A stretch of 64,000 bases of DNA from NCBI GenBank assembly GCA_963709405.1, contig CAVPXM010000026.1:20720-84719 (forward strand), given 5' to 3'. This DNA is from an uncultured Nitrososphaerales archaeon (GTDB lineage Archaea > Thermoproteota > Nitrososphaeria > Nitrososphaerales > Nitrososphaeraceae). Position 1 is the stretch's first letter, and each line of letters starts with the position of its first letter. The position numbers and the translations under genes were made by a program. This document shows, in pieces, positions 44,620-57,691 of this stretch. A model generated the notes under the pieces. It was not told the origin of the DNA. It saw only the letters and a program-made list of their open reading frames with translations, and ran no database searches.

Positions 44620-45235
44620 GTAATAGTATTTTAGAACCCTAGTATTTCTTCCCATCCAAAGACCAGCCTCGATCATTAGAACAAAATCGGTGAATATCAT
44701 GGCAGGTATAACTGAAGGTGTTTGATGAATATATGCGATAAAAAAATTAGATGGAATAACTGTAATTTTATCATTTTGGAATTGCTCTAAAGTTGAAAAA
44801 ATTCCCTGACGGATTGGTAAAGAGACTATCGATTATGATGCGAGTAACTACGCTACAAGGTATAAAAGTTATATGATCATCCCTCCCTTTCAATAAATAG
44901 AAGGCCTTATAATACCGCTATTGGCTAACTTCCAAATACGAAGGTTTTTTAGAATACACATATGAAGAAAATGATGCGGCAGCGACCGTTACAGTATAAG
45001 GGATGATGTACAGAAATGAAATGCCGGCAACAAAGAATGAATTATATACAAGAATAGAAGCAGGGGCTACATAGTAAACTGAAAAAACAATAGTATTCCG
45101 TACATTTACCTTTGGGCTCCGATTGGCATACTTAATTCTAAGTATACTCACTACTAGGAGAATGGCAAATGTAAATATCAATATGGAGAGGGATTCATTA
45201 ATTTGACTAGACAATACACATACAAGTAGATTCAT
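44620..45235 (-). pseudogene. Decayed membrane protein
   Basis: Hydrophobic ORF 44918..45235 continues downstream in broken frames. Confidence 0.35.
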
Positions 45236-45329
45236 TTATTTTATATTGGGAATGCTTCGCATATTTTCTTCTCGTTCCTGTTCGTTCAGTATAATAATAC
45301 TGTGAAGCACGAGTTATCTTTCTTGAATC

Positions 45330-45760
45330 CTGTCAAGTCTAACTATTCCGACAAAGATACGCTTGATACCGCTAGTTACAATAAATGACGAAATTATCTT
45401 TTTCGAGCAGTGAATAGGTAATTCTGTCCGTAAACTTCTGCAATGCTGTAAAGTGGGGAATATGTGATAATCGTAAAAATAATTTTAGGTGATGCGCTTC
45501 AACTAATTAGCCATTCGATAAACATCCTATAACTCTTTCTTACCTTCATACTGTCTTATTGTGAGCAAGACTAAATGCTGCCACATCACGAAGACATGGT
45601 TGCTCTTCCTGCGAAGAAACAACGATATCCTTGAATTTCTTAAAACACGATACAAAGTATTTGCCAGCCAGCCTAACATATCTTGATCCTTTCAACATTC
45701 ATATTGGATTATACTCCTACAAAGCTATTACGGTATTCAAAAGATTGTTTCTACAGATGC
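45330..45760 (-). mobile_element. 5' remnant of an IS5-family element
   Basis: Reverse complement encodes RRKSNHVFVMWQHLVLLTIRQYEGK...SHIPHFTALQKFTDRI...IISSFIVTSGIKRIFVGI, homologous to 14170-14520. Confidence 0.75.
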
Positions 45761-46054
45761 TTTGTTGCACGAATCCGATATTAGTCAACTAACTTTGAAA
45801 CATTCAGCTAAAAAGGAGTAATCCGCATTTGGCCTATTCCTGAGAAGTACTAAAAGCATTGCAAGATGACGATCTTTCTGAATTATGCAACAAAGCATCT
45901 ACAGAGCCTATTCCAATATAGTTTGCATATGAACGTATTGAACTCAGTACAATTTTGTAAAACGAGTACATATTTATTCGGAAGCTGATGGGATTGATAG
46001 ATACGAGCTCCATCGATAAAATGATCTGTACGTGGCATCTGAAAAATAAGATTG

Positions 46055-46585
46055 CTATAAATGTAAATATTTTAATGCTATTGCAGCTGGGATGTGGAGT
46101 ACCATTTTGTCATTTGTCTTATCATAAATTCCCCACACCGATCCCAAATCTACTTTACTATAATTTAAATTAATTCCATCTGTGACCGTCACATTTTTCG
46201 CCAACATTAACGGTATATCTACCCTTGTTCTTGATGCATCTATTTTTGAAGGATCAACGCGAATTTTTATGTCATGAGCAGTTATTTTATATCCCAGGAG
46301 ACTATATTTCAAATTAGTAATATTATAGGTCGACGATTTGTATCCACTTAGTATACTATCTTTCAGGGTGCTGTTTGGAAAAATTTGTTTGCCGTCAAGA
46401 GTGGCGGAATAACCTAACTGATTATTCAGATCCTTCAGGCCATTACCAAAAAGATTTAGTAGACTGCCACCTACGGAGGTTTCATTGGACTTCTGTGCGT
46501 AGACATTGGTCAAATCAGACCGATAGAATGAAATAGAAATAATTGATATCAACAATAGCGATAGTAAAATTAGCAGTATTTTCAT
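46055..46585 (-). CDS. Secreted hypothetical protein
   Basis: Signal peptide ending VYA-Q; 176 aa, beta-rich. Confidence 0.7.
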   Translation of the reverse strand: MKILLILLSLLLISIISISFYRSDLTNVYAQKSNETSVGGSLLNLFGNGLKDLNNQLGYSATLDGKQIFPNSTLKDSILSGYKSSTYNITNLKYSLLGYKITAHDIKIRVDPSKIDASRTRVDIPLMLAKNVTVTDGINLNYSKVDLGSVWGIYDKTNDKMVLHIPAAIALKYLHL

Positions 46586-48048
46586 CCTTTGACTCTATTA
46601 TTTTTAATGTCATATATAATTTGCTTTTAAACATGAGCCATCCATCCGCACATATAGCAATTTCAATCTCTGGTATATTTTTTTACTAGAACGATTTAGC
46701 TCAAAAAGCCTCATGTTAATCCTAGACAGACTATAGGGCTAATTTTCATTGGATAAGTATATTTTTTGGATAGTTGCACAAAAATTCAAAATTCAAACTC
46801 TGAGGTAATCTACTTCCAATTATGCCTAGGATCATTTTAGAATACAAGATTTTTCTTCTTGACTACAAAGGAGGTAGATCTAAGTCTCATGCTATTAGAA
46901 GATTTGTTCACTATTCTATGACATATTAGTTTCGCTGTCTTTCTGGCAGACTGCTCACGATCCTTGTATTAATCCTAAATATCTAAACACGTCAATTTTA
47001 TTATTCAGACTTGTTTCAATTCCTAGGTTCACAATTGAAGATCCGGTAGTAAAGAATCTCTCCACAACGTCTCCCACCACAAATTTTGTCATGCTTCGAG
47101 CTTTTGACATCACCCCGAACTAGTTTCTTAATGTGGGTTTGATTGATTCAACCTTTGCGGCAATTTCGATATCATTCACGGTAATCTTTTATGCCCAATC
47201 CGAATCCTCTTCTATCAATCCATCTCTGCGGAGTTTTCCTAAGATTAGGAAGAACGTTCCACCTGATACTCCACAATCGTCATTAAGCTGCTGTACCTAT
47301 CCTATGTCTAATCTTGGTCACATCCCAACTGGGTTCTTCCGTAAGCAATGATAAATATTACATACCTTGAGAATCCTTTTGGAATGACTTTTTTTGCGTC
47401 ATCAACTAGATAACTCAATACCCCATAAGATATGACTAGTAATATCACTAATGATGAATATAGATTTCTTTTTGTGGTTCTGTAAATTCTGCATCGGATC
47501 TAATCTACTGTAAATTTTAGTCAAATAATCACCATAAAGTATAAATGTTTCCTGAAAAATGGAGATTAAGTCGTTTTAACTTAATTTTAGCATGGGGTAT
47601 TCTAAAAAATCCATTTATTTCTCACATGATACTCGTCATTACATTCGCTTGTATATTTAAACCAGCTAGATTTTTCACATAAGGTCCGAAAGTTACCACA
47701 TTTTAAGAACCCTGTTATCAGAACTTCAAGAATAATCTTCTCCAGCAAACGCTTCATGATATCTAATGTTTTCTCTACTGGATAAGATTAGTTGAATCTT
47801 TTTAGACATTCAAGCTTGTCGGGATATATTAAATGATTTCAAACGAAGCTAAACGATCATTATGATGATTAGATCTAGCATGAGGCAGTGTACTGAGTAA
47901 AAATCGCTTTTATAAGAGGATTATTTAGCTTCTTTACCGGGACTTGACTGAGAAATGCTTTATGATAGTCAAATTATATATATGCACAAACTTGCGCAGA
48001 CGTTGTTGAACCTGAGAATATAAAAAAGCATTTACTACTTGTTGTGTC

Positions 48049-48270
48049 TTATCGGCCACTATTACTGCCACTATGGGGGAATTCTTTATCGTAGCAAATG
48101 TTAGCATCGTCAAATGTAAATTTTGCATTCTTATTAATCTCTCTTATTACACAATTGAAATATCTAGTCAGTGCAAATGCAGGATAGCTGAAGCTAGATG
48201 CCATTACAAGAGACGTAACTAATAATGCACCTATAGTAAGTAGTTTTATTTTATTGTATGTTAAAGGCAT
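48049..48270 (-). CDS. Small secreted protein with a Cys pair
   Basis: Probable start MPLTY at 48270; signal peptide ending PAFA; YFNCV...NICYDKEF. Confidence 0.55.
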   Translation of the reverse strand: MPLTYNKIKLLTIGALLVTSLVMASSFSYPAFALTRYFNCVIREINKNAKFTFDDANICYDKEFPHSGSNSGR

Positions 48271-48511
48271 AATATATACACTAAAACAACTTCCAAGAAA
48301 TATCATATATGAAATATGGATCTAAATGTAGTATTATAATTACTTGGTTTATGTCGGGTTAGAGACTATACAAATATGACCGGTATGAATATTATTATAT
48401 TCTCATCGATCATATTGTCTTGATATATGTTATGAAAATTATTACATCTTTTTCTTATAAAATCTATTCAAATTAACTTTAAATACTATTTGACTAAGTG
48501 GGTTTAGTGCA

Positions 48512-48980
48512 ATGAGTTATTTTAGTGCCACACATGCCTACATATCGGGCCAATCGATAACGTTTGTTATTGTATCAGCGTTAATATCGTCACTATTAAT
48601 TATGACTGTGGGTACGAACACATTTGCAGTGATGCCATATTTTACCGACTTTATGGCGAATGCGAAAAGCGCTACAACAGGCAGTTCAAGTACCTCACGG
48701 AGGAGCAGTACCTTTAATTACATTAGATTCAGGAAATGGGGAGTTGGACCATCAAGTTAACCAATTTTTTCAATGCATCAAAAAAACCGGTCATACTGGA
48801 GGAACACATGGAGAGCCAAGTAGAGGAGAGATAGATACTTGTTATGAAACAGTTTTCGTTAGTGGTGACTCTTCCAGTTCAAGTTTTGGGACCGAGCATA
48901 GTCACAGCCATAGTCACAGCCAGGGTCACAGCACTAGCAACGGTGATAGCCAAAGCTCTAAGGATGTGTTCGTTTCATAA
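48512..48980 (+). CDS. Secreted protein with a His-Ser repeat tail, frameshifted
   Basis: The signal peptide in 48512..48760 joins ORF 48660..48980 (FFQCIKK...IDTCYETVF...HSHSHSHSQGHS). Confidence 0.5.
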
Positions 48981-49680
48981 TTTTTTATTCAAGCTCTCAT
49001 AATTTTGTGATTTTCGATCCTTTCGAGTTCTTACTCGTGCTCAATTACTTCTGCTTTAAATAAGAAAATCTACTTGAAACTCATTAGTTCTTAAAACATC
49101 GGCTGAGGGCGACATAAGTTCAGATATTATAATTTTACTTATATTATTCGATTACTAGCTTTTGCTCTAAATGTGTATTGTTATATTTCAGTAACACATT
49201 TTAGGTGATCCTTCTGTTATACTTAAAGAACATAGCAGAGGTACGTATAGCAAAATAATTTGCAGATATTACTAGTATCAAAACTTTTAGTGTTATAGGA
49301 GGAAGCTACATGTACAACGAAGATATATTTACTCATCAATGAGTTATTTCTGTTAGTGCGAATAGCAGAAAATGATGCGAAATTAAGTAGTGAATGATAG
49401 ATTAAAGGTAGGATTATCAGCTAATAACGGGATTTGTAGTGAAGGATTCATGTGTTTCGAATCAAATAATATCTTATAGTAAGGTGACTACTCTAGTATA
49501 CATTTTTACAATCTCAAGTTTCTTATCTACCTGGTCTAATGACTTGATTTTAAGATTACTAAAACTACCGAAACTAGACATTAATCTCATTACATCCAAA
49601 TATTGATCAATTCCGTAGCATAAAGGATTAAAAAATGTCCTTTTACGCAATCAATACCATTAAAGACCCATCATCAATGA

Positions 49681-50666
49681 CTAAAATGCAGTAGGAGATT
49701 TTATTTCCCTGACACTCAGATTCTTAAAATTCCATATTATATTATCTGTTCTAAATGTCACAAAGTCTCCAGGATTTGTAATCACATAGTCTTTCGGTTT
49801 GCCCAACCAGCACCAAAGAAGGTAATGTCATCGGTATTTGCATACCATCCGCCGTTGTCGACAAAGCTAGCTACTTTTCTCCATTGATTGTTATTTTTAT
49901 CATCTAGATATGATTCCATTTTTACCGCAGTATCATTATCGATATTGTAAATGACCACTTTCCATCCAATCCACCTGCCTATTAGCGGCTTTGTTACATG
50001 ATTAAGGGCTCTTTCATCAGTATATCCACCGGTGAACCAGATGCTCTTTTTCCATCCCACACTTCCATCGGTGTGGATGCCCCCAATTAACGCTGTGCCC
50101 TCACAGGGTGTTTCACTATTGTGCCTCCCACTTCTCGCGTACCATGCAATGTCGTTCAGAGTTTGACTATAATCTTGATTTGCTGAATTATTTTTATTAT
50201 TGTCACCATTATTCTTCGATACGTTCACAGATATTACTTTAGCATATCCAGTAATCTCTACATTCTTCCACGGTTGCATTCCTGTCGGAGTCTCAACATT
50301 CATTCTGACCTTGGGATTTGTAATCTGCCAAGAACCATCTTTCTCCTTATTGATTGGTGCATCAAATGTGAAAGCAAGCAATGTATCATTCTTAGGATTG
50401 GTCATGTTAACATACCATTCTCTGCCGAGTTGTTTAGTGGGATAAATTTCTCTTACACCAAATTTATCCACCATTGTAGCTTCGCTAGCGGTATTGTTTG
50501 ATGAGTGCAGGGAAGGTGATGACAGTTTTCCGTCTGCTAAGGCAAATAGTACATTCGACGACGGAAATGATAATAAATGTGATGGCCGATCGAGATATAG
50601 TAGAACTGAGACCGTAATTAATGACGTAATAATAGAAATCATGACAATAGTAATTGTGATGTGCAT
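49681..50666 (-). CDS. Secreted beta-sandwich (carbohydrate-binding-like) protein; 3' frameshift
   Basis: Signal anchor, DKFGVREIYPTK..GREWY, KNVEITGY, GRWIGWKVVIYN and DNGGW. The tail FRTDNIIWNFKNLSVREIKSPTAF* is in another frame and ends at 49681. Confidence 0.7.
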
Positions 50667-51511
50667 AAATCATCTTTCCTCTTTGATTCTACCTAATATA
50701 AAAATTCTTGATAACTAAAAGTTCGTTTCAGTTCTGATTCTAGATTTTTGCCTCCATAGATAAGCGTATCGACGTTTATTACCTTTTAGTATCTCAATTT
50801 TGCCTTAATTCATAATCAATGTAAAAGTTGTCACTTACTGACGTGGAAATATGATAAGTCCAGATAATCAGACGAGCAGGAATCCTAGTGGCAGTACTGA
50901 TCTTAAATGTTATCTCAAAGCGTTAATAATATGGAGTCCATCCAATAAGGAGTAATAGACACTCGTTCGTAACCAGGTATGCATAATGATTTAATGATGT
51001 TGGCTGTGACACTGCAAATATGAATATTGATTTCATAAGAGCAAAAGTAAATATGTACTAAGGAGTATGATATGACTAATACCTTTGCTGTCTTGCAATT
51101 CATGAGTTCTGCAAGTAAATTCGATAATATCTTTAGCACATTGTCAGTACAGACAATACCTGACCTGACAGTAGTAGCTGAGTATACTGTGCTACGATTT
51201 AAACGAAACTGGACGATAAGGCAAATTCATTCTCGTAAACAAGAATCGCCTTTATGTAAAAAATGGATAGGATCATAATTATTTCGATAGGCAATAACCA
51301 TTGGTTGTTACTGGGTGGCGTTAAAAACTGAGTCCGTTATTCTATTAGTCCGCCAAAAGGTATTTGACAAAGTTAAACACAGCAAAGGCCATATTTTTGG
51401 ACTGCATCGCTAATGATTTCACTCCCGAATAGGCCTTTGTCTCAATGCTTTATGCTAGCTAAACAACAGTAAATAAATAACGTCAATGTAATTATCAATT
51501 CATTAGAATAA

Positions 51512-51805
51512 ATGCCCACAAAAATTTTTGTAAATCTACCAGTAAAAGATCTCAATAAAACAATAGATTTCTTTACCAAACTTGGTTTCGAGTTTAACAC
51601 TCAATTATCGATGATAGTGCAACCTGTATGATTATTGGTGAGTATTTTTAATGCTTTTGATTGAAAAACTTTTATAACACTTTTACTAACAAAGAAATTT
51701 GTGATACTACTAAAAATACAGAAGTAATAGTAGCATTATCCGCCGAAAGCAGAGAAAAAGTAGATCAGATGATAAACAAGGCTATAGAATTTGGAGCAGC
51801 GAACT
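51512..51805 (+). pseudogene. VOC/glyoxalase family pseudogene; absent from the ORF track
   Basis: MPTKIFVNLPVKDLNKTIDFFTKLGFEFN...DDSATCMII...TEVIVALSAESREKVDQMINKA, with frameshifts and the 3' end missing. Confidence 0.75.
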
Positions 51806-51829
51806 GAGAGAGGCACAAGATCACCGAAT

Positions 51830-52045
51830 AAGGTTTCAGTAAAAATACTGTATCAACAAAAGAATGACAGCTGGAATAACGGTAACGGCGAAAAATTTGC
51901 TGGATTATATACAGATGATAGTGACTATGTAGGTTTTGATGGCACTTATCTTAACCGACCCAAGGAAATAGCGTCGTTTCATCATATGCTTTTTGATAGA
52001 TTTTTAAAAGCTAGCCGTCTTGTTGGTATGATCAAAGTATTCGCA
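51830..52045 (+). pseudogene. SgcJ/EcaC (NTF2-like, DUF4440) fragment
   Basis: DSWNNGNGEKFAGLYTDDSDYVGFDGTYL....EIASFH..LFDRFLK.SRLVG. Confidence 0.65.
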
Positions 52046-52783
52046 TTGAAAACCTTCAAATTCGTATTCTATCCTTTTAATTCAACGTTTGTTTCGATTT
52101 CTTTCTGCCTCATGTACCTGTGGTTAGGATCAGATTAAACACGATGTATTTCTTCATCCTTATTATTACCATATTTCGATATCATAATTATTGTAAGATA
52201 TAATGCCTATCAGCGGGGTGACAGACAGGATATAAATCCGACTTGGACTGCTGTCGACTTTTACTTGGTAACCGATAAGTCTGCGGCAATCATAGCATTG
52301 CAACGTGATTGTGCATGACCTATGAAATGCCTTGCAATCAGCAAAAACTGTAGGCTGAGATTCACTTGAAGCACGTCCACATTCATAACAGTGATTATCA
52401 TTTTTCATATCTATTGTTATTATTATGGGAATGTTATGCTATAGGGCTATTCAGGATATTAAGATAAATTCTTTTGAGGTGAATCGATAGATGGTTTATA
52501 CAACGATGACGAACTTGTTTTATACTATTTATTAGCTGTTTAGGTCGTTTTATATAGAAACGCCTAATGTTTTCTATATACATTGTGAATAGTATTATAA
52601 AATGTATCATCATCAAAATGGTTTCAATTCTAGCATGGTCTCATTGCTATGGATATTGATGGCAAATAATCTAGTGCCAGGTTTTTTATCCACGATCGGA
52701 TACGTCAAGCTTGTAAAAATAATTTGCTAAGAATTGAAGACCTAGAAATAGTATTAAATAGTAATTCTCTCACATAGGAAGTA

Positions 52784-53659
52784 ATGACAAAAAAAAGCGT
52801 TACGGTTTGGCTTATCCTTTCGTACATCTTCGTTGCAACTATCCTCCTGTCTACGAACTTTGTGAGTTATAAAATAATGCCTTCTGCTTTTGCACAGAGC
52901 AATGCTGCCGCAATAGCTGCGTTATCTCTTAATGATAACGATACAAATGCTAATCAGGGTTTGGAAACAAAAAAAATGGTCAATTATTTTGATAGCTCTT
53001 CTGGATATTTAGTATACCCTAATACGTCTAACTTTGTTAACAAGAAAAGTCCTGCAATAATAATGATCCACGAAAATCGTGGGTTAAATGGCTATATCAA
53101 AGACATGGCAAACACGTTAGCAAGGCAAGGATACGTTGTGCTGGCTGTAGATTTATTTAAAGGTCAAATTGCTACAACCAATGATCAAGCTAGACTTCTA
53201 TCTACCTCTGTACGAAATAATCCCACGGAGGCTATTGCCAATTTACAGTCTGCTGTAAGATACGTGAGCTCTCTTCCATTTGTTGATCCTTCTAAAATTG
53301 CTTCAATAGGTTGGTGCTTTGGAGGAGGGCAATCGTTACAGTTGGCATTGAATAGTCAAAATCATCCCCTAGTCGCTACTATTCTGTATTATGGTACACC
53401 ATTAGTCACGGACAGCCGGCAACTTTCAAAAATTAAGTGGCCGGTATTGGGAATATTTGGAGACAGAGATCAAGCAAATCCACTACCATTGATAAATAAA
53501 TTTAAAGCGGCGTTGAATGCGGATAAAATAAGCAATGAGATTCTTATTTACAAGGGACTAGGTCATGCCTTCGCTAATCCTTCTAACCAGAATTTTGCCC
53601 CTAAGGAGACTGCAGACGCTTGGCAAAAAACATTGACATTCTTAAAGAAATATCTTTGA
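52784..53659 (+). CDS. Secreted dienelactone hydrolase family protein
   Basis: IHENRGLN, GYVVLAVDL, nucleophile GWCFGG and GHAFANP, with an N-terminal signal peptide. Confidence 0.9.
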   Translation: MTKKSVTVWLILSYIFVATILLSTNFVSYKIMPSAFAQSNAAAIAALSLNDNDTNANQGLETKKMVNYFDSSSGYLVYPNTSNFVNKKSPAIIMIHENRGLNGYIKDMANTLARQGYVVLAVDLFKGQIATTNDQARLLSTSVRNNPTEAIANLQSAVRYVSSLPFVDPSKIASIGWCFGGGQSLQLALNSQNHPLVATILYYGTPLVTDSRQLSKIKWPVLGIFGDRDQANPLPLINKFKAALNADKISNEILIYKGLGHAFANPSNQNFAPKETADAWQKTLTFLKKYL

Positions 53660-53962
53660 GATATGCTATATGATTCTGATTTATATATGTTCTTTATCTA
53701 GTAGAGATGGATTTTTTCAAAGCATAATGGTATCCATGTCCGAATACCTCACAAGTTGATCGTTACGACGACATCTCAATGACTATGGGTAAGGATAGTC
53801 TTTGAATTCTGGGAAATTCAAAAGTGAAAAAGATCCAAATAAATAAAATTAGAAAGCTTGTAGGGTCTGACTAGAATTTGAATTATCACTGTTGTGGCAA
53901 AAAGGATAAAGTGTATTTGTGTATTAAATAGGACCGCGAGAAGCTATTCAGGGATTAGATTG

Positions 53963-54580
53963 TCATTGAATATTCTGGACCTCTCTGACACTGAAATTTT
54001 TTATGTCTACGTCCTTTGCATTGTCCCATCCAAATACCGCGATAGGCCTTCCCCAAGTCATAATTTGGTCGGGTGAACCCATGTAGTATTGACTCGGTAC
54101 CCCATCCACCGTTGTCGATTTTCTCATCGAACTTTTTCCATGAGGTGACATCAGCATTTTCATTAATCCAGTTTTCCATTTTTACGAATGTAGTGCCATT
54201 TTTTAATTGAGGCAGATTATACATCACAAACTTGAATCCAGCCCATTTGTCTATCGCCGTTGTTTGACAATTGTGCGTTGTATGCCGACCCTTCACATCC
54301 ATTATCATAGGTCTAATAATCTCCTCCCCTTGCATAGCATGGGAATTCATCAGGTTCGTCTTTCTTCTCACTCTTGCCATTAATGAATTTAAGATAGCCT
54401 GTCATTTCTACATTCTTCCTATCCTTTGGAGATTGCATATATACTTTGGAGATAAATCCGTCTGGTTAAACGTTCCAATTTTACTTTCATTATAGCCTTA
54501 GGACGTCAATACGTCTAGCCGTACTTGTGGTGATCTTTCTTTCCACGACCCGTCTCCATTATTAATTGGAATAGAATAGG
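53963..54580 (-). pseudogene. Decayed paralog of 49681..50666
   Basis: Fragments KNVEMTGY, KWAGFKFVMYN, VKMENW, DNGGWG and TWGRPIAVFGWDN...KNFSVREV in several frames. Confidence 0.6.
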
Positions 54581-54636
54581 ACTTGGGTAGCTTCATTAGC
54601 TAATTTAATATATTTCTGGATCCTCTAAGAAATAGG

Positions 54637-55164
54637 ATGAATCCAAATGCTGATGAAAGAAATATGGAAGGAATCATGATCGTAAAGGTAATCGCAGCTC
54701 TGACGGTCATATCTCTTATCTCATTACAGCTGTTGTCGTACCCATTGAAAATTGATGGCAGCACTTCTATCAACAACGTTGTATATGCGGTCGGTGAAGG
54801 TAAGCCAATATCTATAAAATTGAATTATGCGCATTTCGCGCCACTGACCAATAACAGCAAATCACACCAAGTTAAGGTCATAGTACTCTATACCGTTATG
54901 CCGTCATCCACTACTATAAACATGGCACAGAATGCAATGATGAAAGTCTATGCACTTAATGGAACATTGTTGAAGACGACTTCATTCCCTGGGGGCCTAA
55001 AGGTTAATGCTACTGGTGGCAAAGCACAGCTTGCAACTACTCTGACTGATAGCAGAATAAAGAATATTATTGCATCGGTGATGTTCACTGACTCATCAAA
55101 AAGTGCAAATTTCTCTAATCCTCTGAATGTGAAACTTAACCTTGGACAAACAATTCAGCCCTAA
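54637..55164 (+). CDS. Secreted hypothetical protein
   Basis: Hydrophobic N-terminus; HFAPLT....HQVKV...MKVYALNGTLLKTTSFP.G. Confidence 0.7.
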   Translation: MNPNADERNMEGIMIVKVIAALTVISLISLQLLSYPLKIDGSTSINNVVYAVGEGKPISIKLNYAHFAPLTNNSKSHQVKVIVLYTVMPSSTTINMAQNAMMKVYALNGTLLKTTSFPGGLKVNATGGKAQLATTLTDSRIKNIIASVMFTDSSKSANFSNPLNVKLNLGQTIQP

Positions 55165-55820
55165 ACTGAATTGTAAACTAGAATAGTAGATGCTGGTCGA
55201 GTGCTTGAACTTGATCGTCGATAGAAATGTCTATTTAAAATCAAGAATAGTACGATCCTTGTTATGGATATGAAAAAGTCAGCATTGGCAGTATTGTGAG
55301 TAAAAGCTGTATGGCTACGTAAGATATTTGAAAATGTAAATGTTTAACCAGATTATGAAGTCGTTTTTTTGATTGGAATAGGTTCTGGGGGCCAAAAATG
55401 CCTTCACATATGCCAGATATCATTCAGGTGGAATATGGCTGCCATTGGTACTTTTTTATTTTCAGCTTTTTACAAGGATTCTAATAACATATCATGTATC
55501 TTTTTTTACATCACTTATTGAGTAACTATATATCTTATTTTGAAGAGTTATAGCGAGTAATCTAATTAAACAACTCTATATGTCAGTATCCAATGAAATG
55601 CGATGAAATAATTGTCTATCATATTTATTATATTCTATTTGTGGCGATACATGGGTGAATGCGAATCGTATGACGAGGTCAGCTATTCTGAAGCAGTATG
55701 AAGAATAATATGGCGATTAGTGAATCAATACACAAGAATAAACAAATAACCGCAAGGCTTCTTTATATTCAAGTCTATTTACGAAAATGTTGGAAAATAG
55801 ATTGAAAACTAATCATAGAA

Positions 55821-56765
55821 ATGAATAATCAATCTAAACTAAAACGGTCGCTAACAAGAGGAGCAAGACTTAGAATTATGCTTTTTCTTAACTCCATGTA
55901 TCTAGCAGCTGCCTCCATTACCGTTCTAGTCACCGGAAGTTTAGCATTGTTTTCTGAAGCTGGACATGTGCTAGCTGACGTAGGAGGAGTTGCTCTTGCT
56001 ATCTATGCAATCAGCTTCACTCAAAAAGTTGCTACTCCACAGAGGACATATGGTTTTTACAGGATGGAAATACTCGCATCACTCGTAAATAGTGTTGTCT
56101 TGGCTTTACTTTCAATCTATATTCTGTATGAAGGCTTTAGGCGTATCTTTGAACCACCTGAAATTCAAGGACTGCCTCTAATAATAGTTGCCTCAATAGG
56201 AGTTGTAGTAAATTTCATTGGAATGCGATTATTGTCAACTTCCGATGGACACTCACACGTCCACACCTCCCATTCTCATGGTAACGATCGAGGAGAGGTG
56301 GAAGAAATACAAAACTTGAATGTAAAGGCGGTTTATTTAGAGAGTTTTAGTGATACTTTAGGTTCGGCGGGCGTCCTAGTTGCTGGCATAATAATGCTAA
56401 CTACAAAGTTTTACCTGGCAGATCCACTAATAAGCATTGGACTGGCCTTATTCATGATTCCAAGAGCGTGGTCCATAATCAGAAACGCTGTTGATATACT
56501 TATGGAAGGCGTTCCGGCGAATCTGTCGCATGAGGAGGTGAAAAAGGCCGTACTACAAATAAAGGGCGTAACAGGCGTGTTTGAGCTACATATATGGACT
56601 ATCACTTCTGGTATGAACGCATTGTCTGCTCATGTTGTCGTGATAGATCCTACTAAATCACAACTAATTCTGCAAGAGATAAATTCAGTACTGGAAAAGA
56701 CATTTAAGATAACCCATGCAACAATTCAAATAGAGAGATATCATGAGGACTCGGCAGCATATTAA
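55821..56765 (+). CDS. czcD: Cation diffusion facilitator (Zn/Co/Cd efflux)
   Basis: SLALFSEAGHVLAD, TYGFYRMEIL, a His-rich loop, ELHIWTITS and HATIQIE. Confidence 0.92.
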   Translation: MNNQSKLKRSLTRGARLRIMLFLNSMYLAAASITVLVTGSLALFSEAGHVLADVGGVALAIYAISFTQKVATPQRTYGFYRMEILASLVNSVVLALLSIYILYEGFRRIFEPPEIQGLPLIIVASIGVVVNFIGMRLLSTSDGHSHVHTSHSHGNDRGEVEEIQNLNVKAVYLESFSDTLGSAGVLVAGIIMLTTKFYLADPLISIGLALFMIPRAWSIIRNAVDILMEGVPANLSHEEVKKAVLQIKGVTGVFELHIWTITSGMNALSAHVVVIDPTKSQLILQEINSVLEKTFKITHATIQIERYHEDSAAY

Positions 56766-57691
56766 AAATATGACGATTTTGATGGTAGAATGATATAGCG
56801 AAATATTCGATAAGGTTTTTATACCCATAATAAGAAGTTAATATAGAGATTCATAGGAGTCTCTTTTCTGAAGGTTGGACGCTCCAACAAATGGAGTTTG
56901 GTAGCTACCAACACTTAACCTTCGGAATATTTATTCTTACTTGGTTCCTTTTTAAGCAATGCTCAAAATTTATCTGAAAAATAATATGTAGACTGGCTCA
57001 TCGTTCTGATGATGCACGACGGTACCGTCAAATCGTTGTGGATTTATTGGAGGCAGAATTTAAAAGAATAGCAGTCGTGCTTTCGAAAAATGCCCCAGAC
57101 TCGTAACGTGGCCAGATCTCAAATTATCGGTAATGGATACGATGACTATTACTGACCTGGCCTCTAATGTATTTAATTCTCGCATTGACCGTGCGATGCA
57201 GCCTTAGATGGACATAGTAGACCGAATAAAATTAAACAATCGCAAAATGATACAACTAGTAAAAGATGAGATTCATTCTGACATCCTCTTTGTTCATCTC
57301 AGTTTATAATGCGTGAGCATGGTTAACAGCAATTCGGGGATCACCATTCATATCGACATACTAGATGTTAAGTAATGGTACAATATCCATAGCAATGTTC
57401 GGCTTTCTTAGCAATTCTAAAAATTCCTATTTAATTCAAAAAAAATCAGTATTATGTTAGATTAGAGTACAAGATAGAAGGATAAAAGATGTAATTGAAA
57501 CTGATGTTAAGCAATTCACTTTTTAAGATGACTCGATACTTTACTTAGACAATTGGGTATTTAATCTCAATTGGTCTAATGATATAGCTCTAGTATGAGA
57601 TTTAGCCAGAGTATTTTCAAGGCATTTGAGTTCATGATCCAATTTGCGATTATTCGGTTGGACATTGCTTTCCAAATAAAATCGAGGGGAT

